The translations under genes were made by a program, and so were the position numbers. A stretch of 64,000 nt of DNA from Hyalangium minutum (GTDB lineage: Bacteria > Myxococcota > Myxococcia > Myxococcales > Myxococcaceae), in assembly GCF_000737315.1 (NCBI RefSeq), contig NZ_JMCB01000008.1, positions 525,980 through 589,979 of the forward strand, written 5' to 3'. Shown one piece after another: positions 9,661 through 18,839 of the stretch. Position 1 is the stretch's first letter. Every line of letters begins with the position of its first letter. The notes beneath the pieces are model-generated. The model saw only the letters and a list, made by a program, of their open reading frames with translations. It had not been told where the DNA came from and made no database searches.

Positions 9661-10260
9661 CGCTGGTTAGCGCCCTTCAGCTGCCAGCACGTGCCTACCT
9701 CGGGCGCATTGCTCGCGGCGGTGGTGCTGCGCACGGTGCGATGGGAGGCGATGCGGCTGCTGCTTCGCTTCTTCCGGGTACTGCTCTTCACTCTGGCGGC
9801 GCCCATGGGCCCCCAAAAGCGAGAGGGCCTGTCGCCGGGGTAGAGTCCCGACAACAAGCCCCTCTCAGGACAGCAGGCGCGGCCAAGCGCCAGCGCTGGC
9901 CTCACCCTCCGCCCAACAGGCTCACGCCGGACTCGCATCCGGGCATGAGTACCCCTATCGGGTGCTCGGGTGCGCATACAGCCTTAGCACGGCCAAGACC
10001 GGCCGTCCTAGCGCGCCCCGTGGTGCTCTACCCACCCCTGCGCGGGGTGGCACCCAGTTCGCACACGGGCTGCACAGGTTTGGCCGCCTGCGCGTGGCAC
10101 GGCGTTACCCGTGCCCCCGTCACGCGCTCAACACTGCGCCCCTGCGCGCACGGGCGTCAAGAGGGTGCTCGCGGCCACCCCTTGTCGCGCAGTCCTCACG
10201 CGGGGTTACTGCGCAGGCACAGCAGGTGCTACGCGCGCGTGGGCCCGCGTGCGTGTCCTC

Positions 10261-11079
10261 CTAGTGAGCGCGCTGCGCAGGCACCGGAGGCACGGGGAGA
10301 GTGCTGCTCGGTTCTTTGGGGGTGGGGATGCTCGGCAGGTAGCACCGGCCCTGCCACTCATACCCGCGCGTCTTGCACGCCGCGCGGCTGTAGACGATCT
10401 GCACCCAGCACGCGCGGGTGCCGTCCTTCAGCTCAATCTCAAACTCCGTGCCGTCCTCGCAGGGGGCCTTGCGCTGGCCCTTGAATGGGCGCGGCGGCAG
10501 ATCCAAGCCCACTGCTGGGCGCTGCGCGTCCACCGCCCCCACTGGCAACGCCTCCGGCTCAGCAAGGGCCTCTTCCGCCACAGAGGCCAGAGCGGGCTGC
10601 TCAGTCTCCTCGGGAATGGGCTGCGCAGCCTTCCATGCGCGCGGGGCCAAGGCTGAGCACGCCAGCAGTCCGGCCAGAGCCGCCCACTGCCAGCTGCGCA
10701 TGCGCGCACGTGGGCGGGCGGCAGGCGCGCACAGGTGGGCCATGGCCTCGGGGTGGTGCTCCAGTCCCTCCAGCACGCAGGCCAGCGCATCCAGCCCGTC
10801 GTTCACCTGGCCGAGGGGGTTGGTGCCCTGGGGCGCGCGCTCCACCTCCAGCGCCACGTAGGGAGAGGGAGAGGTGCCCGCACGCACGCGCAGGCGGTAC
10901 TCCTCGGCGGGGGCGTAGTGGCCTGGGGCAGCAGCCGTCACAAGCAGCGCGGGGCGGCCAGTAGCGGACTGCCACGCGGTGTACAGGCGGCCCACGCCAC
11001 CCTCGCCGCCGGTCGCGTTGCGCAGCCTGCGCAGTACCGTGTACGGCCCCACGCGGTTCTTCTGCCAGTTGCTGCTCAT
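10261..11079 (-). CDS. Myxobacterial degenerate kinase-N-lobe-like membrane protein with C-terminal Cys motif
   Basis: VGPYTVLRRL..GGVGRLYTA kinase-like start without HRD/DFG; TM segment WQWAALAGLLACSALA; PPRPFKGQRKAPC..CW..C..YEWQGRCYLP tail. Confidence 0.65.
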   Translation of the reverse strand: MSSNWQKNRVGPYTVLRRLRNATGGEGGVGRLYTAWQSATGRPALLVTAAAPGHYAPAEEYRLRVRAGTSPSPYVALEVERAPQGTNPLGQVNDGLDALACVLEGLEHHPEAMAHLCAPAARPRARMRSWQWAALAGLLACSALAPRAWKAAQPIPEETEQPALASVAEEALAEPEALPVGAVDAQRPAVGLDLPPRPFKGQRKAPCEDGTEFEIELKDGTRACWVQIVYSRAACKTRGYEWQGRCYLPSIPTPKEPSSTLPVPPVPAQRAH

Positions 11080-11278
11080 GTTCCGGCCCTCCCTCGCATC
11101 AAGGGCCTTTCATGTACCACGGCGCACGCTGGGAGGTTGCGCGCCGTCGAAGGCGCTCCGCGCTCTGGGACTTGGTCTGCTGCTGTTTGTGTAGCTGTTG
11201 CTGCTCGTGTGTGGTTCCCGGGTCAGACTAGACGGCTCGGAGAAGCCTAGTAACCTCGTTGAGGCATATGAGCCTTCA

Positions 11279-11399
11279 GGTGGCGTTCAGCTCGTCCAAC
11301 TCGGCCGTACGCGTCCACCCGTTCGTCGTCTTTTGGGACGCGGCCGCCTCCGAACAACTCCGTTTCCACCGCGTCGCCTGTCTTCGTGTAGAAGTTCTG
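11279..11399 (-). pseudogene. 5' fragment of PduO-type ATP:cob(I)alamin adenosyltransferase
   Basis: Minus strand [30 protein letters not shown], then after a 1-nt shift ELDELNAT-stop; matches the family N-terminal IYTKTGDxGxT..RVxK..RVxAYGxVDELN signature. Confidence 0.65.
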
Positions 11400-11775
11400 G
11401 GCTGAAGAGCACTGTCACGGCCAACCGCCTGGGGCCGCATTGACCTCTGGACGATCAGGCGGAGTGTGGTTTCAGAACGACGCAGTTCGCGGAGGCCGAT
11501 AAGCGCAAAGACCTCGGATCTCAGGGCAAGGCCCTGAAAACAGCAGCCCGGCGCCCACAGGTTCTCTACCTCCTGCGAGGGCCGGGCTTTCAAAACGACG
11601 AGCCCCCAGTTACCCAGGGACCGTACTCGTGGGCACGAGATTGGTCATTCTGGACACTGCACCTGCTCGTCGTCAACACGAGCCTTCGGGCTCCGTGCAG
11701 GGGGATCGTCTGCCCTGCGCAAACGCCGTGCTCTTGGTTTTAGAACCCATCGAGAGAAGCGCTGAGGAATACCTC

Positions 11776-12021
11776 ATGACCATTCTGACCGACGTCGTCT
11801 CACTCTTTTCTGTGCTGAAGGGCAACCCCGAGGCAGTCGCTCTTCTGGGGAATCTGCTCGACCGCATCGACCCAGGATGCTTGTTCGTTCTGGCCGTCTG
11901 CTTCTGGCGCACTCGTGAGCGATCCCCCACGTGCGGAGCGTCAACGGGCGCAGGCAAGCAGACGAAGAAAAGAGCCACACGAAGCAGCTTGAAGAAGAGA
12001 AAGGGGCCCACGAAGAAATGA
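11776..12021 (+). CDS. Small hypothetical membrane-associated protein
   Basis: GAGGA RBS before ATG; hydrophobic segment then Lys/Arg-rich tail. Confidence 0.35.
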   Translation: MTILTDVVSLFSVLKGNPEAVALLGNLLDRIDPGCLFVLAVCFWRTRERSPTCGASTGAGKQTKKRATRSSLKKRKGPTKK

Positions 12022-12095
12022 TGGCGCCTCCTGTCCGCTGGCTGCTGCGTGAAATTTCAGGTGCGCACGGGTGCAATGCGAAGCGCCAGGCGGCG

Positions 12096-12446
12096 GTGAA
12101 ATTTCAGGTGGTCGGGGACCAGGGAGCCGAAGGCCGCAAGGCCTTCTTCATCGAGATCGAGGCGCGACCCGGGCAGGAGGACGCGGTGGTGCAGATGCTG
12201 CGCGACATCCGTGCCTGCGTCGAAGACGAGCCCGCCACCGGCCCCTGGTTCGCGGTGCGGTTCTCGACGACGCGCTTCGGCATCTTCGAGGCCTTCCCCG
12301 ATCTGGCGGGGCGCCAGGCGCATGTGGACGGCGGCGGCGGCGACATCTTCCGCGACATCGAGCGGATGAACACGATCCTCAATGTCGCAGCCCGGGTCCA
12401 TCGGGTCGATGTACTGATGAGCAAGGACCGGTTCGCTCCTCTGTGA
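12096..12446 (+). CDS. Antibiotic biosynthesis monooxygenase (ABM) family protein, start uncertain
   Basis: FIEIEARPGQEDAV..EPATGPWFAVRFSTTRFGIFEAFPDLAGRQAH is an ABM ferredoxin-like motif. Confidence 0.7.
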   Translation: MKFQVVGDQGAEGRKAFFIEIEARPGQEDAVVQMLRDIRACVEDEPATGPWFAVRFSTTRFGIFEAFPDLAGRQAHVDGGGGDIFRDIERMNTILNVAARVHRVDVLMSKDRFAPL

Positions 12447-12502
12447 ATCCTCTCGTTCCGGCCGGCTTCACACTGAGAACGCTTCCAGGAATTCCCGAAT
12501 CC

Positions 12503-13285
12503 CTAGACCGTCGGCACCGTCCCCCCGTCGATCAAGTGCTCCGAGCCCGATATCGAACCCGCGCGCGGTGACACCAGAAAGGTGATCAGGTCGGCGACTT
12601 CCTGCGGCTTGGCCGGCCGCCCGAGCGGGATGCCGCCGAGCGATTGCATGATGATCTGCTTGCCGCCCTCGTAGTCCGTTCCGGCCTGGGTGGCCAGGCG
12701 CTCGGCCAGCGCAACGGAGGCTTCGGTCTCGACCCACCCGGGCGAGACGCGCAGCACGCGCACGCCCTTCGGTGTCACCTCCTTCGACAAGGCCTTGCTG
12801 TAGGTGGACAGGGCGGCCTTGGCCGCTGCATAGGCCGTTGTCGATTCCGGCAGCGGCAGCAGACGCTGGATCGAGCTGACGTGGACGATGACACCCGAGC
12901 CTTGCGCCAGCATGGCAGGCAGCAAGGCGCGGTCGAGCCGCACGGCCGGCATGAGGTTCCGGTTCAACGCATCGAACCACTGCGCATCGTCCAAAGCCGC
13001 AAAACCACCACCCGGCGCGCTCGAGCCGCCGAGCACATTGATCAGGATGTCGACGCCGCCCCAACGCTCTCGCACCGACCGCGCCACCTCGGCGACACCT
13101 TCGGCCGTCGAGAGGTCGGCCGCGACATACGACACGCCGGCGTTCGGCTCCGCGGGCACAGCGCGTGCGGTGGTCATTACCTGCACGCCCGCAGCGTGCA
13201 GACCTTGAACGACAGCGGCGCCAATGCCTTTGGTGCCTCCCGTGACCAGCGCCCGCAGGCCTTTCAGTTGGAGATCGAAGCTCAT
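12503..13285 (-). CDS. SDR family oxidoreductase
   Basis: [11 protein letters not shown] Rossmann motif; YAAAK catalytic YxxxK. Confidence 0.9.
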   Translation of the reverse strand: MSFDLQLKGLRALVTGGTKGIGAAVVQGLHAAGVQVMTTARAVPAEPNAGVSYVAADLSTAEGVAEVARSVRERWGGVDILINVLGGSSAPGGGFAALDDAQWFDALNRNLMPAVRLDRALLPAMLAQGSGVIVHVSSIQRLLPLPESTTAYAAAKAALSTYSKALSKEVTPKGVRVLRVSPGWVETEASVALAERLATQAGTDYEGGKQIIMQSLGGIPLGRPAKPQEVADLITFLVSPRAGSISGSEHLIDGGTVPTV

Positions 13286-13611
13286 GCCGTGATCTCCAGC
13301 GATGCGATCAGACCCCGCTCCAGGCGGAACCGATACCGCAGATCGACCGGACTACCGGGGAAGTTGCCGGTGACGTGGGCTTGGACGACCTGCGAACCGG
13401 CCTCGCGCTCCAGCGTGAACGGCTGCGTCGTGTACGTGTACTGGGCCGACGCCGCCGCCTTCCACGCCTTGATGGCGTCGAGGCCGATGTGTGTGTGGCC
13501 TTCATCTTTGACCACGGCCTGAGCGGCAAAGCAGCGGGCCACGGCCTCGGGGTTCTGTGTGTCGGCGGCGAAGTAGGCCGCAATCGGCTCCGGAAGGGTC
13601 AGATCGTTCAT
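13282..13611 (-). CDS. SnoaL/NTF2-like protein
   Basis: [42 protein letters not shown]; overlaps the SDR start by 4 bp. Confidence 0.85.
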   Translation of the reverse strand: MNDLTLPEPIAAYFAADTQNPEAVARCFAAQAVVKDEGHTHIGLDAIKAWKAAASAQYTYTTQPFTLEREAGSQVVQAHVTGNFPGSPVDLRYRFRLERGLIASLEITA

Positions 13612-13657
13612 GGTGGTTCCTCGGTAGTGATGACCGGAGAATGCGCGCCCTGGAGAA

Positions 13658-13672
13658 ATAAGAGAATCATAT
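13658..13672. promoter_or_regulatory. Candidate LysR binding box (T-N11-A) in the divergent intergenic region
   Basis: ATAAGAGAATCATAT imperfect dyad between the divergent SnoaL/SDR genes and LysR. Confidence 0.4.
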
Positions 13673-13707
13673 AGACTCTTCACAGGTTATGTAGAGGTGG
13701 CTACAGA

Positions 13708-14616
13708 ATGCGTGGATCGGAATTCGCCGAACTGAAGGCTTTTGCCGCAGTGGTCGAGCGCGCCAGCTTCGCGCGCGCAGCAGAGCACCTGGGGGTGTCG
13801 CCTTCAGCGCTCAGCCAGACCATCCGCCTGCTGGAAGCCCGGCTTGGAGCGCGGCTGCTGAACCGCACCACGCGCAGCCTGGCGCCCACCGTCACCGGAG
13901 AGCAGCTGTACAGGCGCATCGCGCCTCTTCTCCGAGAGATGACCGAGGCGGTGGCCGAAGCCAGTGCAGCGGCCGGGCGAACGCGCGGCACGCTGCGCAT
14001 CAACACGCTGGGGATGGCCGCCCGCCAGGTCATCGCGCCACGGCTGGGCCGGTTTCACCGCGCGCACCCGGAGGTGGCACTGGACATCGTGGTCGACGAT
14101 GCGCTGAGCGACATCGTCGCCGGCCGCTTCGATGCCGGCATTCGCGTGGGCGTACGTCTGGAGAAGGACATGGTCGCCGTGCGCTTGACGCCGGACGTGA
14201 AGATGGTCGCCGTGGCGTCCCCTGACTACCTCGCGCATCGCGGCATCCCGCGCACCCCCGGTGACCTGCATGGCCACGCGTGCATCAACTGGCGACTCCA
14301 AGTCGATGGACGTGCCTACCGCTGGGAGTTCGAGAAGAGGGGAAAGCGGATCGAGCTCGCGGTCGATGGCCCGCTGGTCACCAACAATGCCGATGTCGGC
14401 GTTGCCGCGGCGCTGGAAGGGCTGGGCATTGCCTATGCGTTCGGCCACGAGGGCGTGGACGAGTACCTTGCCCGAGGAGAGTTGGTCCGGGTGCTCGCGG
14501 ACTGGTCGATCGCACGACCAGGGCTGTTCCTGTACCACCCCAGCCGACGCCACTTTCCGGCTGCGCTGCGCGCCTTCATCGACTGCATGCTGGACAAGGA
14601 CATGCCCGCACCGTGA
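13708..14616 (+). CDS. LysR family transcriptional regulator
   Basis: SFARAAEHLGVSPSALSQTIRLLEARLGARLLNRTTRSL HTH signature. Confidence 0.95.
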   Translation: MRGSEFAELKAFAAVVERASFARAAEHLGVSPSALSQTIRLLEARLGARLLNRTTRSLAPTVTGEQLYRRIAPLLREMTEAVAEASAAAGRTRGTLRINTLGMAARQVIAPRLGRFHRAHPEVALDIVVDDALSDIVAGRFDAGIRVGVRLEKDMVAVRLTPDVKMVAVASPDYLAHRGIPRTPGDLHGHACINWRLQVDGRAYRWEFEKRGKRIELAVDGPLVTNNADVGVAAALEGLGIAYAFGHEGVDEYLARGELVRVLADWSIARPGLFLYHPSRRHFPAALRAFIDCMLDKDMPAP

Positions 14617-14640
14617 CCCGGATGGCGCTCACGCCAGCTC

Positions 14641-14716
14641 GAACACCACGTCCTGTGCGCCTTCCCACAGCTCCAGCTCGGCTCAGGGCGCGCGCGTCGG
14701 ACAGCTCCAGCTCGGG
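14641..14716 (-). mobile_element. Short relic related to the junction sequence at 16061-16110 and to the IS91-like transposase 3' end
   Basis: CCAGCTCGGC..GGGCGCGCGCG.CGGACAGCTCCAGCTCGGGC shared with 16063-16109; AACACCACG shared with the remnants at 21087 and 32339. Confidence 0.4.
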
Positions 14717-14965
14717 CGCCGCGTACAGGTCCACCTCGGCACGGGGGACATACCGTAGGACTCTCCAAGTCCTATTCAACTACCCGCCCTCTGCGAGCAT
14801 GAACTTTCCAAGTCGGTGCGTGCCAGAAGACTTCGTAGGTCATAGGCTGGGATGGCATGGGACTTGTTAGGTCCTAAAATCTCGTCTGACGTATTGGTGT
14901 GTGCGCAACCTGTCCCGGGGAACTTGCGATAACTCCGATCACTCGGGCTGTGCCCGGGAGGCCCC

Positions 14966-15535
14966 ATGACCCATCACGCCAACTCTTGGCGCCTTAGGTG
15001 TGCTCTCCTGATCTGCGCCAGCCTGTTAGCCGGTGTGGGCTGTAGTTCGACGCAAGCTGCCCATCAGGGCACCGGCGGATCGGGCTCTGCGGATGGGGCT
15101 GCCGCATACGTGCAGGAAACCGCGCAGCGCGGGGATTCCATCGCGCAGGCTGCCCCCGCCCAATGCGGCCCGTTTGACAGCACCGTTTCCTGCTGCCTTA
15201 AGCAGCACCCGGGCGAGTTCGGACGCTGCGGGGCTATAGACCCTGGGAAGGCCCCCACGCGGGCACCCAAGCAAGCGCCCCGGACGGATCCGAATCCGTA
15301 CCCGCCCCCCACTACGGATCCGTACCCGCCCCCCACGGATGCAGCCCCTCCCGACAGACGGAAGAGGGATCAGCAATGCCGCGAGTATTGGAATCAGTGC
15401 ATCGCGCTCGGAGGCGAGTACGAGAAGCGCGGGCAGCATGGCCGCACCATCTGCGCGTCCTGCTACGACCAGTGCATGGGGCTGGGCTACTGGCCCAAAG
15501 AGGTCAACGACTTTGAATGTCTCGGAGGCTTCTAG
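14966..15535 (+). CDS. Cys-rich myxobacterial lipoprotein, putative toxin
   Basis: Lipobox LAGVGC; SCCLKQHP..C; PYPPP repeat linker; C-terminal C..C..C..C..C..WP domain. Confidence 0.7.
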   Translation: MTHHANSWRLRCALLICASLLAGVGCSSTQAAHQGTGGSGSADGAAAYVQETAQRGDSIAQAAPAQCGPFDSTVSCCLKQHPGEFGRCGAIDPGKAPTRAPKQAPRTDPNPYPPPTTDPYPPPTDAAPPDRRKRDQQCREYWNQCIALGGEYEKRGQHGRTICASCYDQCMGLGYWPKEVNDFECLGGF

Positions 15536-16038
15536 CCGTGGCCCTCCTTCGTTGGGAATGGTGGAACAAGGTTGCCGAGGAACGCCAGTGGCTCACCCTC
15601 GGAATGAGCTTCGCAGAAGTGCCTTTTGACGCCTACGTGGCCGCGCTCAAGGATCTAGAGCGACAGTTTGCACGAGAGGCGCGAACTCCTGGCGAACGCC
15701 TGCACCTCAAGCGCCTGACGGCAGAGGACGCATTGAACGCGGCATTCAGGATGGATCGCCCATGGAAAGACTTTGGCCCGTGGCTGCGCAGGCTCAAACG
15801 GCTGGGCTTCCCGAATCTCTGGAGCCGCTATCAGATCTCGACGATCTATGTGCAGTCCTTGCACAACTTCCCGGAGCAAACCCGAGACGCTTTTGAGATG
15901 TTGGCGGACACAAGGCGCAGGGTCTTGAGGCGACGCAAGGATCGTTCTTCGCGCCAACAGATGCTTGACGGGATCGAGCACGCCCGACGCGAGGCAGCAC
16001 AATACGGCATCCAGCCGCCCGCGAAATCGAAGCGGTAG
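15517..16038 (+). CDS. Helical hypothetical protein, putative immunity partner (start may be 15604)
   Basis: Directly follows the lipoprotein gene; charged helical sequence. Confidence 0.6.
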   Translation: MSRRLLAVALLRWEWWNKVAEERQWLTLGMSFAEVPFDAYVAALKDLERQFAREARTPGERLHLKRLTAEDALNAAFRMDRPWKDFGPWLRRLKRLGFPNLWSRYQISTIYVQSLHNFPEQTRDAFEMLADTRRRVLRRRKDRSSRQQMLDGIEHARREAAQYGIQPPAKSKR

Positions 16039-16219
16039 GGCACGGGAAACGCCCGCACAATCCCAGCTCGGCCCCATGGGCGCGCGCGGCGGACAGCTCC
16101 AGCTCGGGCCGGTGGCGCTCGCCAGGACGGCAGCCATCGTCGCCGCTCCGGTCGCGGGAGGGACGGCCCTTCGCCTCATCGACTCGGGCCGCCCCCCGCA
16201 CAGATCTCCGGCCCCCTTC

Positions 16220-16407
16220 TCGTACGCCAACACCCTGAAGCCTGCCTCCACACCTCAAGCACGCCAACACATCCAGGGCGAACGTCCTTTTCTGCAGCCC
16301 GGCCCAGTCCAAACCGGGGGTGCGCTCCTTCCAAAGGCTCCTCCACCCTCGCGGCAAAGGCGGGGCTCTCCTCCGTAAGCCCCGGCTCCGCCCCTGCTTG
16401 AGGGAGC
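16220..16407 (-). mobile_element. IS91-like (Y2/HUH) transposase 3' remnant
   Basis: KERTPGLDWAGLQKRTFALDVLACLRCGGRL, a C-terminal CxxC motif; closely similar to 32440-32628. Confidence 0.75.
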
Positions 16408-16432
16408 AACGTCCCCGGCCTCGGACGTGCAG

Positions 16433-17275
16433 TCAGAGCATCGGGAGCTCGGGCCTGGGCTCGGAGGCAAAGGCCTCGTCGATGAGCGAAATCTCCTCCC
16501 GCGTGAGTCGCAGGTCCGCGGCCCCCGCATTCTCCTCCACGTGCGCCACGCGCGAGGCTTTGGGGATGGCGAAGAGCGAGGGGCGCCGGGTGACGAAGGC
16601 GAGCGCCACCTGGCGGAGGGTGGCCCCGTGGTTGCGCGCGACCTGGACCAGCGCGCGCCCCCTGGGTGACGAGGGAGACGGGAACTGGCCGTGGCCGAGG
16701 GGGCTGTAGGCGACCATCGACACCCGGTGGTCCTCGCACCAGGGGAGGACGCGGTACTCGGTGGTGCGCTCCTCCAGGTTGTAGAGCACCTGGTTGCAGG
16801 TGATGCGCCCCTCGCCCGTGAACCCGAGCGCCTCCTCGAGGTCGTCCACGTCGAAGTTGCTCACGCCCCAGCTGCGAATCTTCCCCTGGTCCACCAGCCG
16901 GTCGAAGGCGCCGAACGTCTCCTCCAGGGGATACTTCCCCCGCCAGTGCAGCAGGTAGCAGTCCAGCCAGTCCGTGCCCAGGCGCTCCAGCGAGCGCTCA
17001 CAGGCGCCCAGGGTGCCGCGGAAGCTCGCGTTGGAGGGCAGCACCTTGGAGACGAGGAAGACCTCGTCGCGCCGGCCGGAGATGGCCTCCCCCACCATCT
17101 CCTCCACCGCGCCGGAGCCGTACATCTCCGCGGTGTCCACGTGGGTCATCCCCAGCTCCAGCCCTCGGCGGAGCGCCCGGATGGCCTCCTCCCGGTGGGC
17201 CTGGTCCAGGTACCAGGTGCCCTGGCCCAGCACCGGCACCTGCCAGCCGGTGGGGCCCCACGCGTGCGTCCTCAT
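16433..17275 (-). CDS. Aldo/keto reductase
   Basis: GQGTW, DTAEMY, LVSKV, DCYLLHW, WGVSNF, NQVLYNL, IPKAS motifs. Confidence 0.95.
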   Translation of the reverse strand: MRTHAWGPTGWQVPVLGQGTWYLDQAHREEAIRALRRGLELGMTHVDTAEMYGSGAVEEMVGEAISGRRDEVFLVSKVLPSNASFRGTLGACERSLERLGTDWLDCYLLHWRGKYPLEETFGAFDRLVDQGKIRSWGVSNFDVDDLEEALGFTGEGRITCNQVLYNLEERTTEYRVLPWCEDHRVSMVAYSPLGHGQFPSPSSPRGRALVQVARNHGATLRQVALAFVTRRPSLFAIPKASRVAHVEENAGAADLRLTREEISLIDEAFASEPRPELPML

Positions 17276-17465
17276 GCGGTACCTCCTCGTTGCCCGCAAA
17301 GGTTGGGCACGCCGCTCCCTCCGTGCAGGCGGAGGCCGTCACGACCCAGCGAGGGCTCACCGGTCCCGAGGCAGAGCCGCTCTGGCCGCCGGGCCGGGCC
17401 GGACGGACCTTCAGGCGGAAGGGACGGACGCTGGCGCCGGCGTGGCCGCCGGTGAGGAGGGCAGG

Positions 17466-18128
17466 ATGCGCAACCCCCGGGTCGAGCAGTACAGCACCAC
17501 GGACACCCGCCGTGCAGAGGGCTTCGCGGACGCGGTCTTCGCCATCACCATCACCCTGCTGGTGCTCGAGCTGCGTCCACCCGAGGTCCCGCCCGGCCAG
17601 CTGCTCGCCGGGCTGCTGCATCAGTGGCCGTCGTATCTCGCCTACGTGACGTCCTACCTCTACATCGCGGTCATCTGGCTCAACCACAAGCACGCCTTCC
17701 TGCGCATCCGCTCGATGAACCGGGGGCTGCACTGGGCCAACCTCGGAATCCTCTTCACGACCGCGCTGCTGCCGTTCGCGACCGGGGTCCTGTCGAAAGC
17801 GGTGCGGGAAGGCGATCCGGCCGACGAGCCGACGGCCGTGGCGCTCTACTCGCTGGTCGGCACGTTCCTGTGTGGCACCTGGGTGGTGTTCTTCCGCTAC
17901 CTCGGCCACCACCCGGCCCTGCTCGACGAGGGAGTCCCCGCGGAGTTCTTCATCCAGGAGACCACCCGCGCGTGGCTGGGGGTCATCCTCTACGCCGCCG
18001 CCGGGGCGTTCGGCTACCTCGTCGCCCCGGTCATCGCGCTGGTGCTCTTCCTCGCCGTGCCGACCTTCTACGCCATCACCAGCCACGGGCTCTACGAGCT
18101 GGGCATCGTGTTGCGTCGGCGTCGCTGA
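17466..18128 (+). CDS. TMEM175 family potassium channel
   Basis: RRAEGFADAVFAITITLLVLEL (RxxxFSD-like) and WLNHKH motifs; about 6 TM segments. Confidence 0.9.
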   Translation: MRNPRVEQYSTTDTRRAEGFADAVFAITITLLVLELRPPEVPPGQLLAGLLHQWPSYLAYVTSYLYIAVIWLNHKHAFLRIRSMNRGLHWANLGILFTTALLPFATGVLSKAVREGDPADEPTAVALYSLVGTFLCGTWVVFFRYLGHHPALLDEGVPAEFFIQETTRAWLGVILYAAAGAFGYLVAPVIALVLFLAVPTFYAITSHGLYELGIVLRRRR

Positions 18129-18512
18129 CGCTTCGAGGAGGTGGACGCACTCCGTGGAGGAACCTCAGCGGGCATGTCCCACCTCACCCGGGGAACGTGC
18201 AGCACCGATTTTCCCTCTCCGGAAAGCCATGTCAGATTTCAGGGGCCCCGCCCGGGGCTTCTCGCCATGCTCTCTCTTCGCCAGCTCCCCCGCCTCGGCC
18301 CGCTCCTCCTCGTCCTCGCACCGCTGCTCGCGTGGGCTGCGGGGGGGCGCCCATCCCGCTGAGGGAGGGCTGGCGGCACCGATGGGGGATGCTCCCTCCT
18401 GGGCGGGAGCATAGGGGCGACGAGAAACTCGTCCTTGCCACTCTCGCAGCGCACCCGCGCGAAGCCGTGCGCCCTGGGAGACCGGGGAACTCAGGCCGCT
18501 TGCGTCCAAGCA

Positions 18513-18668
18513 GATTGCCCCTGTTGGGCCGCATGTGCCCCCAGTGTGACCCTCCAGCGGGGAATTGAACGGGACGAGACGGGACGGAGCGGAGGAGCGA
18601 TCCACTGTGAGATCAAGGCGTTAGCCGGTAACAGCGCGACCTGCTTGGGGTTTTGCTTCCGCCTTGAT
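18513..18668 (+). repeat. Shared att arm, full-length copy
   Basis: Near-identical to 36399-36554; abuts a tmRNA 3'-end copy. Confidence 0.85.
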
Positions 18669-18693
18669 GCGGGTTCGATTCCCGCAGCCTCCA
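18669..18693 (+). repeat. tmRNA 3'-end copy (att-like remnant 3)
   Basis: GCGGG-TTCGATT-CCCGC-AGCCTCC-A. Confidence 0.8.
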
Positions 18694-18839
18694 AAAGCGG
18701 TGAACGTCCGCAACTTGCCCGCCTAAGCTGCCCCTCATGCCCTGACGGCGAGCAGGACACGCGCGATACTCAGGCCCGGGCCGCGTGCTTCTGGTACAGT
18801 GGCCGACCCGCAGAGATAGGAATTTCAAAGGAGCGCATT

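Noticed and set aside
11440-11620. Integrase fragment in GLALRSEVFALIG
   Set aside because: The resemblance to the G.R..E box is weak and no other catalytic motifs follow
15794-16357. Functional IS91-like transposase (also 20862-21239 and 32382-32765)
   Set aside because: Only frameshifted C-terminal stubs; no HUH or catalytic Tyr region is present
18435-18839. Extended N-terminus of the OLD ORF (likewise the extended starts at 3607, 21080, 42320 and 48897)
   Set aside because: The extensions run through att arms, IS remnants or neighbouring genes; better RBS and start codons lie downstream
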